Source: Candidatus Binatia bacterium
Lineage (GTDB): Bacteria > Desulfobacterota > Binatia > Bin18
DNA: 64,000 nucleotides
Assembly (NCBI GenBank): GCA_963664395.2
Contig: OY761159.2
Span: 1,600,001 to 1,664,000 of the forward strand
Direction of reading: 5' to 3'
Part shown: positions 57,065 through 64,000 of the stretch, one piece after another
Layout: each line of letters opens with the position of its first letter
Position numbering within the stretch: the stretch's first letter is position 1
Position numbers and translations under genes: made by a program
Notes under the pieces: model-generated
Seen by the model: only the letters and a program-made list of their open reading frames with translations
Told to the model about the DNA's origin: nothing
Database searches by the model: none

Positions 57065-58210
57065 GTGGCCCAAGAACCGACATATGACCCTGCGGCGACA
57101 AACCAGCTCATCCACAGCATGGGGGTGAAGTTCCGGCAGGAAATCCTCCGTCCGGTCGGTCCCAGCCCAACACGTCTGCCGGTCAACCAATCTTTTTCTC
57201 TCGCCGCCACCCATCTTTTTTGGACGCTTCCGAATCGCGTTCGACGCTTTTCTTCTCGGGTCACACCACAGGCGATTGCGCAGCGCAGCAGCCGGCTTGA
57301 CACCAGCGTCTCTCCGTTGGCCATCTGGATGTTTGGCTACTCCTTTCTGGTCGGACGAGAGATATTGCTTGATTTCGGGGTGATCAAAGCAGCCGACTAT
57401 GCCGAAGATATCGGACTTGTCCTAGACTGCTGGAACCGGTGCGCAACCGCCTCGCGCACCGACGGACATACGGATAACAGCGAGGCCGGCGGGGCGAATC
57501 CCTATCTCCCAAGCGCCACCATTCAGCAACTGTCTGACGCGCTTATTCCGGTTGATGCCGAACTGCGGCGAGTGGCGGATCAATTCCTGGCTGCGCTCGA
57601 ATCCTATACCTTTCTTGTGAATGCTGAGGCACATCTCGGGACCATTGATTCCGGCCCCTACCCGCTGAGGACGAATCGCCTCCTTATCGTTCGTCACTTT
57701 TTTGACCTGACCGGTCGGTGGTATCCGTGGCGTACCCGCGCGGTCGGGTTTCCGTACCCGGCCTGCACCTTGGCTTTTACCCTCGACCCGGAGGAGTTTC
57801 GGACTATCGAGTTCAGCGACCGCGCGGCCCTGCTCACCTCACCGATAAATTATCGAGAGCGTATCCGGGAACTCGTTTTGGTCAGGCTCGACCGTACCTA
57901 CCCCCGGCCACTGCCCTTTACCGATCTGGACCGTCTCACGCGGGCCGCAAAAAAAATAGAGCCGCGCGTCCTCGCCTGGTTCCAGAAGCAATCGCCCTAT
58001 GCAACCATCCTCTATTGCGCGCAACCCTGGGCCGTCAGACCAGCCGCAGTGGTGGTCCCTTCGGAGGAATGTTTTGCTTGGCAGCCTGCCCCAGCTGCGC
58101 TTGAACTCCTCTCCCACTACGCCCAGGACGATGCCCTGGCCGCCCACTGGGCCCTGGAGCGCTGTTTGACGCCAGGTCGTTCGTCCGCCTTTGTCCCCTT
58201 AGAGGGCTGA
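57065..58210 (+). CDS. Hypothetical protein
   Basis: 381-aa ORF with protein-like composition (DSGPYPL..LIVRHFFDL..YPW); function not recognised. Confidence 0.7.
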   Translation: MAQEPTYDPAATNQLIHSMGVKFRQEILRPVGPSPTRLPVNQSFSLAATHLFWTLPNRVRRFSSRVTPQAIAQRSSRLDTSVSPLAIWMFGYSFLVGREILLDFGVIKAADYAEDIGLVLDCWNRCATASRTDGHTDNSEAGGANPYLPSATIQQLSDALIPVDAELRRVADQFLAALESYTFLVNAEAHLGTIDSGPYPLRTNRLLIVRHFFDLTGRWYPWRTRAVGFPYPACTLAFTLDPEEFRTIEFSDRAALLTSPINYRERIRELVLVRLDRTYPRPLPFTDLDRLTRAAKKIEPRVLAWFQKQSPYATILYCAQPWAVRPAAVVVPSEECFAWQPAPAALELLSHYAQDDALAAHWALERCLTPGRSSAFVPLEG

Positions 58211-58225
58211 CCTTCCCACAAAAAA

Positions 58226-58310
58226 TCCCCTCCTTGGAGGGGTGAGCCTGAGCTTGTCGAAGCCTGTCCTGAGCAGAGCGGAGCGAAGTCGAAGGGGGCC
58301 GGGGTGGGTA
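58226..58310. repeat. Nested REP-like repeats
   Basis: CCCCTCCTTGGAGGGG..GGGGTGGGT enclosing CCTGAGCTTGTCGAAG and CCTGAGC..GTCGAAGG. Confidence 0.65.
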
Positions 58311-58607
58311 GCCTTCCACCCAGCCAATCCAGCAGTACGCAGGACGTACTCAATGAGGCCGGGGCAGTTATAGCCCAGGAATTAGCCCCTCGGTATCTTC
58401 TTGCCGGGCTTGACGTATTTCGACACGGTGCGAGCGCTGGCAACTGTGTCATCAAGAACCCCCGTTCTCTGTGTGAAACGGCTCGTATTATCTTCTCTAT
58501 GTAGCTGTCAAAGAACGGAAAACTCGGCTTCGAGCGCTACCAGCGAAACCGGATGGTGGCCAGTCCGGGACTTGAACAGTCTGAAGTCAAAGGCCATATT
58601 AGTCTTT

Positions 58608-58837
58608 ATGATAACGGTGTCCATTTCCGAGTTGAAGGCGAATCTCGCGCATTACGTTCGCGAGATTCGCCGTGGCGGCGAGGTGCAGGTCCTCGATCGC
58701 GGTGCGCCGGTCGCGAGGACGAAATCGAGGAAATCCGCGACTTCACCTCGACGATCGTTCCCGATGGGAAGGTTGAACCGCCGCGACCGGACGTGCCGGG
58801 TGCACGAAACAACGCCGCCGAAGACGATGATTCGTAG
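58608..58837 (+). pseudogene. Phd antitoxin head fused to the tail of an unrelated gene
   Basis: MITVSISELKANLAHYVREIRRGGEVQVLDRGAPVAR ends near 58718; another frame reads EDEIEEIRDF..AEDDDS*. Confidence 0.6.
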
Positions 58838-58846
58838 GCTTCGCGC

Positions 58847-60592
58847 ATGTCCGGCCCGTCAAATTTAATGAGTACAAACGAAGGAATTCTGTCGGCAAAC
58901 GCCGAGGGGACCTTACTCAGCGCTATTGCCTCGACCCCGTATGACGAAGACGATTTCCTGGCAGGCGCGCTTGCCGAACTCCACAATGCCGGTACGCTCG
59001 ACGTCCTGAAGGCTTTCCGATCCGATCAACTGGATGCCGTATCCGGTCATTCGTTCTTCAGGCTTCAGCAAGTGTTCCGCCGAACCTTGCCGCAGATCGA
59101 GTGTCCGGCAGCAGATGCCGCAGCTGCCTGCAAAATCCTTTTCGAAAAGGCCGGCAACAACCTCACCGCCGGCTTGGTTGACGACGCTCTCCGCGAGTGG
59201 CTTCAGCATAGCCGGAAGCGCGCTGAGGAAGGTTTGGATTTGATTCGGCACGACCTGGGCATCCAAACTGGGATTACCCGGCATGTGCTGATGGCAGGTG
59301 CGGCACATGACCCGAGGCGATTTGCCGAGGAAGCGCTCAACCTGTCGCATCAGCCGCAATCGCACATTCGACTGGATGCACTCTTCGCGCTTGGAAGAAT
59401 GGCGCTGGAAGAGGATGACCACATTCTTACTCGGGTTACCGAACGCCTCGACCAGGCGATTGAGTCACCGATTTCCGATCACGATGCGGCCATTGCGATC
59501 GAAGCAGCTCTGCAACTGCTCGACCGGTTCGGCGAAAAACTCGTGCATGTCGTGGAATCGCTCCTGGCCAAGGCCTGCAAAAATCCGCCGCCAATCACGC
59601 GTCATGCAATTGCGGTCGGCCTTCAGTTTGGTCGCAAAAACTATACGGAGGCGATGATCGACGCCAGCTTTTCAGCAATCCAGCATGCGGACAAACATGC
59701 TCCCGACACGATCAACGAGATCGACTTGATGCTGTATCAGTGGAATCTGGACGGGGACCGGCAGCGCGTTCTCCGCCTTTTGCGTAATTTGCTCAGCCAT
59801 AGCGACGACGCTATTGGTCTCGAAGCTCTGGACAGCTTCCGGCATAAGCTCACCAACGAGCCTGGCGGCCTATTGGGATGGTATGTCGTGTCGTTGCTGT
59901 TGACCGGCGATCTTCGGCTCAGCGTCGCTGCCAACGGGTTGTTGCCCTACAATAAGGCTCCTGTCGGTCTCGATATCGATCTGACGCCGTTCGCTCTGGA
60001 TCCCGCATGGGTTCCGTTTCTGGCCCGAAAAGTTCTCGGATACTGCCTCGTCAATAGAGCAAGTGCATCGGCGTTGCTCCTATCCTGCCTCCGAGCTGTA
60101 TCCAACGAGAACCGCGCCGATCTTGAGGAACTAGTTCTGTATTATTTTCTGATCAATTATCCGGGCGCCATCGAGTGGTTTGAAGCGGCCGTCTCGCCAA
60201 ACGATCCCGCAGGGATGTCCGTGAAACGCCTCTCGTCCACACTAGAGGCGTATCTCGAAGAACTTCACCGAACCGATCTCTGCGCCGCGTTCCGACCGAG
60301 CGACCGGGAACGCCAGCTTCAAGGCTATCGGCAAGCCCATTTGTTGCGAAACATTCAGAAAGAAGCCGAAAAACGCTCAGTTCTGTCCCAACTCGTCCAC
60401 CGTTCCGTCCTGCTTTACGGCACAGGCTCGATTTATTACGTGCATACGGACGAGGGCTGCGACCCGCATCGGCAGGAGATGTCCCTGGCGAGTTTTCATC
60501 AGACGATCGAGATTCCGAGGCTTGAGGTGATCGACCCAGTTGGCCTCCAGTACGCGATTTACCGCTTCCGGTCGGAGGCTCCGCCGAAATGA
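58847..60592 (+). CDS. Large alpha-helical (HEAT-like) protein, putative defence component
   Basis: 581 aa, Leu/Ala-rich; ATGA-coupled to the nuclease gene; start may be 58868. Confidence 0.75.
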   Translation: MSGPSNLMSTNEGILSANAEGTLLSAIASTPYDEDDFLAGALAELHNAGTLDVLKAFRSDQLDAVSGHSFFRLQQVFRRTLPQIECPAADAAAACKILFEKAGNNLTAGLVDDALREWLQHSRKRAEEGLDLIRHDLGIQTGITRHVLMAGAAHDPRRFAEEALNLSHQPQSHIRLDALFALGRMALEEDDHILTRVTERLDQAIESPISDHDAAIAIEAALQLLDRFGEKLVHVVESLLAKACKNPPPITRHAIAVGLQFGRKNYTEAMIDASFSAIQHADKHAPDTINEIDLMLYQWNLDGDRQRVLRLLRNLLSHSDDAIGLEALDSFRHKLTNEPGGLLGWYVVSLLLTGDLRLSVAANGLLPYNKAPVGLDIDLTPFALDPAWVPFLARKVLGYCLVNRASASALLLSCLRAVSNENRADLEELVLYYFLINYPGAIEWFEAAVSPNDPAGMSVKRLSSTLEAYLEELHRTDLCAAFRPSDRERQLQGYRQAHLLRNIQKEAEKRSVLSQLVHRSVLLYGTGSIYYVHTDEGCDPHRQEMSLASFHQTIEIPRLEVIDPVGLQYAIYRFRSEAPPK

Positions 60593-62283
60593 AACTGATA
60601 TTCGTGGAATATCTGGCGTCTCTGAAAGAACGCGGCGAACTCGACGTCATTATGCCCGATCTCCTCAGCGAGATCGGCCTGTCGGTCATATCAAGGCCGG
60701 CGATCGGAACGAAACAGTACGGCGTCGACGTGGCCGCGGTCGGCGATTCCGACGGCGTGCGCAAGGTTTTCCTTATCTCGATCAAGCCCGGAGATCTCAG
60801 GCGTTCCGGTTGGAACACCGGCGAACAATCCCTTCGGGCGTCACTCGATCAGATAGAGGACGTGTACATCCCGAAACTCTTGCCCGGCCGTTACAAGCAC
60901 CTTCCGGTGGTCGTCGTTCTTTGCCTGGGCGGAGAGCTGCATGAAGACGTGCGGACAGACGTCGAAAGTTATATTGACGGGCACACGCGCGAAGGCGTCG
61001 CATTCGAGGTCTGGAATGGCGACATGCTGGCCGATCTACTGCTCTCGGGCGTGCTTCGGGAGAACGCCCTGCCAAAAACATGGCGGTCGGATTTCCGCAA
61101 GTCCGTGGCGCTGGTCGACGAGCCCGACCTTAGTTTCGCGCACTTTTGCCGTTTCGTGAACAACATCGCTAGCGCGTGCAAGGCGACCAGACCGGCACGC
61201 CTCACGGCGATTCGCCAGATCTACCTGGGTCTTTGGACGCTTTACGTCTGGGCTCGCACCGCCGGCAACACCGAAGCGGCCTACCTGTGCAGCGAGCGGG
61301 CCGTTCTTATCGCGTGGGCGCTGGTCAAGGATCATCTCGCGGGCAAATCGAAAGCGGCGCGGCAACTCGAACAATCAATGGAACGCCTCATCGCGCTGCA
61401 TGTTCTGATTGCCGACGACTACATTGCCAGCTACGTCGAGCCGAGGGCTAAAATACGTCACGGTTTGAGTTCCGCAGTGCCAAGCCATGCGTCCCTCGAT
61501 GTGAATCTCAGACTGTTTGATCTTGTCGGGCGCATGGGGATCAGAGGGCTTTGGCTCTTGCAACTTGCCGACCGCCTTGGCCAAGACGGCAAGGAGAAAG
61601 AAATCGTTGAAGGTGCCCTGCAACGTATGGCCCGGCTTCTCACGGATGTGATCCCGAACAACCCTATTCTATTCACCCCGATCAAGGACAACCAGGCGAT
61701 CGACATCAACATTGCCTGCCTCTTCCTGGACAGGGCCGGATACTGTGATGTGATCCAACACTGGATCGGGCAGGTTGCCCGAGCAACGATATTCGCCTTT
61801 CAGTTTCAAGGCCCTTACCCGTGCATTTACGGTGAGTATCGCGATCTCGTCGATCACCCGAGGGACGATGACGAGTATCGCATTGAGGCCACCGCCGGCA
61901 GCCTGCTGGTGCCTACGCTTGCGGTCTGGGCCGCCATCACGGCCGATCCAGCAACGTTGAAACTGTTGGCGGATTTCACAGCGGGTCCCTATAACCATTC
62001 GACCCTGCAACTCTGGTATCCGGGTTCCGACACTGAAGCCCACCTTTATCGTGGCAGCGCCAATCACGGGCTGGCTGCCACCGGGATCCATATCCAGCGC
62101 TCCTGCAAGGCTATGCTCTCTCCCATCAAATCGGAATGCGAAGCTAGTGCGGCGTTCACGTCGTTGTCTGCCGTCAGCCACGGTCTGTGGCCATTGGTCA
62201 TTCTGGCCTGCCGCCACCACCGCGTTCCGGTGCCTCCGCATTTCTGGCCACTTTCAGGCCCGACGATTGATAGCGCAGGCTGA
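60589..62283 (+). CDS. Protein with N-terminal Mrr-like PD-(D/E)xK nuclease domain and helical body
   Basis: ERGELD..DLL..G..QYGVDVAAV..FLISIKPGD. Confidence 0.75.
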   Translation: MKLIFVEYLASLKERGELDVIMPDLLSEIGLSVISRPAIGTKQYGVDVAAVGDSDGVRKVFLISIKPGDLRRSGWNTGEQSLRASLDQIEDVYIPKLLPGRYKHLPVVVVLCLGGELHEDVRTDVESYIDGHTREGVAFEVWNGDMLADLLLSGVLRENALPKTWRSDFRKSVALVDEPDLSFAHFCRFVNNIASACKATRPARLTAIRQIYLGLWTLYVWARTAGNTEAAYLCSERAVLIAWALVKDHLAGKSKAARQLEQSMERLIALHVLIADDYIASYVEPRAKIRHGLSSAVPSHASLDVNLRLFDLVGRMGIRGLWLLQLADRLGQDGKEKEIVEGALQRMARLLTDVIPNNPILFTPIKDNQAIDINIACLFLDRAGYCDVIQHWIGQVARATIFAFQFQGPYPCIYGEYRDLVDHPRDDDEYRIEATAGSLLVPTLAVWAAITADPATLKLLADFTAGPYNHSTLQLWYPGSDTEAHLYRGSANHGLAATGIHIQRSCKAMLSPIKSECEASAAFTSLSAVSHGLWPLVILACRHHRVPVPPHFWPLSGPTIDSAG

Positions 62284-62490
62284 GTGCGCCGGCGCTCCGC
62301 GCCACGATGTCCTGGTCGACAAGGAGCACCCGTCCGAGGCACGCGGACCCAAGCTTCTGGCCCCGAGACTGACCGCCGAACGAGAAACCTCCCAACCTTG
62401 ACGGGCCGACTTAATAGTCTCTAAGTCTCTAGGGTGATCGGTGATACTCACGCTGACGAGACACAATGCCGAGAAGGGAGCGAGTGCGAG

Positions 62491-63485
62491 ATGGCTGACG
62501 CGGATGAGAAAACATTGGTCTTCAGTTTCGACGGTACAGGGAACGAGCCCAGCGATGCCGATGAATTCCAGGAAGATGAGAGTATCAGCAACATCTTGAA
62601 GCTCCACATTAGCTCCAAGATTCGGCGATGCCCGAAGAATTTTGAATGAGGCCATGAAGGACTTCAAAGAGGCAGACTACCAGTCCGGTGATACCCTTGC
62701 CATATTCGGCTTCAGCCGCGGCGCTGCGCTGGCCCGGAAATTCGCCAGTATGGTCTTGGAAGAGCATGCACAGTGCCGCGTATCCTTATCTGGGCGTGTT
62801 CGATACTGTCGCCGCGATGGGTGGTATGCACCGCAAAGGCGAACGCATCAGCAGCCATGTTGTCTTTGAGAACGGCACCTTGAATGAACGCATTGAACGG
62901 GCGGTGCATATCGTGTCGCTCGACGAGAGTCGGGTGTCGTTCGAGCCAACGCTCATCAACAAAGACGACAAGAATCCGAACCGTATTCTGGAAGTGTGGT
63001 TTCCCGGCGTCCATAGCGACATCGGCGGAGGCTACTGGTTTGACGGACTGTCTGACGTGGCGCTGACGTTCATGATTGCTGAATGCAAGAAGACGCTTGG
63101 CGACCGGATTAGTATTAAGGAGGGGAACTACGCGGACATCCACGGGCTGCTGGAATCCCAGAAAAGCGAGTTGGCCGATTTGGAAGTTGACGACATCGCC
63201 ATCAACCCTCTGGTCCATGGCATACTGCACGCAAACTCGGGAGTGACGACAATTCCTGGCCAGGAACCACGAGCGGTATATGTCAGCGACAATGACGCTC
63301 CGAGCCGCAATACGGATGACCTCCCGATTGTGCATTATTCGGTGAAGGAGCGATTCCACTCTGTCGCAGGCTATCGACCGGCAGCGTTGCGTGGGCGGAT
63401 ATTCAAACTGTTACGAGACGGAAGGATCAGTGAACCGCTACATGGTATCAGTCAGTTGCGAGGGGAAGTTCAGTTTCCTTCCTAA
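62491..63485 (+). pseudogene. DUF2235/Tle1-like alpha/beta hydrolase, disrupted
   Basis: FDGTGN..SNILKL, then FGFSRGAALAR, then LGVFDTV..EVWFPGVHSDIGGG, spread over three frames (breaks near 62610 and 62786). Confidence 0.85.
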
Positions 63486-63686
63486 AAATCTTGATTAAGA
63501 AAAGCGCACACCCAGCGCTCCGTCGCTTGGCCACCAAGTGGTACGCTGGGCTGTCGGTGTATGGGGGAAAGTCCGCCCTCAATCTGCCCTGGACTTGCCG
63601 TCTGACCACCCTTCGGGCCGACGGGATATCTGGCATCAGCGACGGGGGTTGGGTAGAGTGTCTTCAATCAAGACAAAAGGTACCTC

Positions 63687-64000
63687 ATGGAAGAAAGAGA
63701 GTGGTATCAACAACTGATTGAACCCCGCCGCCGGGCTTTGGAGCAGCTTCGTCTCGAACTTGATTTCTTCTTGAGAGACGTTGGCGACATCACCATATAC
63801 AATGTTCATCATCGCATGAAGGAGTTTGAGAGTGCGCATAGAAAGTCCTCTGCGAAAGGTGTTTCAATAGAACAACTAGATGACCTTGCTGGTCTCAGGG
63901 TCATTGTCGGTACAAAGAAAGAAGTGCCCATAATTGAATATTTTTTAAAACGACAAGAAATTGGCAAAGACCTTAAAGTATTGGAACGTGAGGAATTGGA
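63687..64000 (+). CDS. RelA/SpoT synthetase-domain protein, 3'-truncated by window edge
   Basis: Manual translation: MEEREWYQ..HRMKEFESAHRK..LDDLAGLRVIV; absent from the ORF track because there is no stop. Confidence 0.75.
   Translation, partial: MEEREWYQQLIEPRRRALEQLRLELDFFLRDVGDITIYNVHHRMKEFESAHRKSSAKGVSIEQLDDLAGLRVIVGTKKEVPIIEYFLKRQEIGKDLKVLEREEL

Noticed and set aside
1-64000. tRNA, rRNA, CRISPR array, integrase or transposase
   Set aside because: No cloverleaf, repeat-spacer periodicity or recombinase/transposase motifs seen by eye; small RNAs could have been missed.

Overview
A roughly 58-60% GC bacterial chromosome segment. Gene content suggests a Deltaproteobacteria/Binatia-like organism, but that is inference only. 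The intact housekeeping backbone carries typA, ihfB-rpsA-cmk-aroA-tyrA-hisC-pheA-accA-miaA, cofC, thiolase-rsmD-coaD-aminotransferase, gloB, pdhAB, recQ, recN, an MMPL-cNMP transporter and a STAND adenylate cyclase. At least five integrase-free accessory patches interrupt it. (1) 3.8-7.0 kb: a frameshifted UG/Abi-type reverse transcriptase between two VapBC-type modules. (2) 11.3-18.9 kb: a defence island between a vWA gene and its AAA partner, with PIN + TIR-3TM-TIR, HigBA, a type III CBASS with a 2TM effector and WYL gene, and a collapsed type I RM locus. (3) 34.8-35.8 kb: a lone TIR gene. (4) 46.3-48.8 kb: HicAB, a decayed c-type cytochrome gene and gene fragments. (5) 58.2 kb to the end: a two-gene helical-protein + nuclease module, a Tle1-like pseudogene and a partial RelA/SpoT-domain gene. 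The most unusual signal is that several cargo blocks start just after the stop of a core gene and end at a diverged second copy of that gene's 3' end. This is clear for recN and weaker for the SDR, aminotransferase and MFS genes, and it points to integrase-independent cargo capture at gene 3' ends. I saw no tRNA, rRNA, CRISPR array, integrase or transposase. All family assignments come from motif recognition by eye, not from searches.
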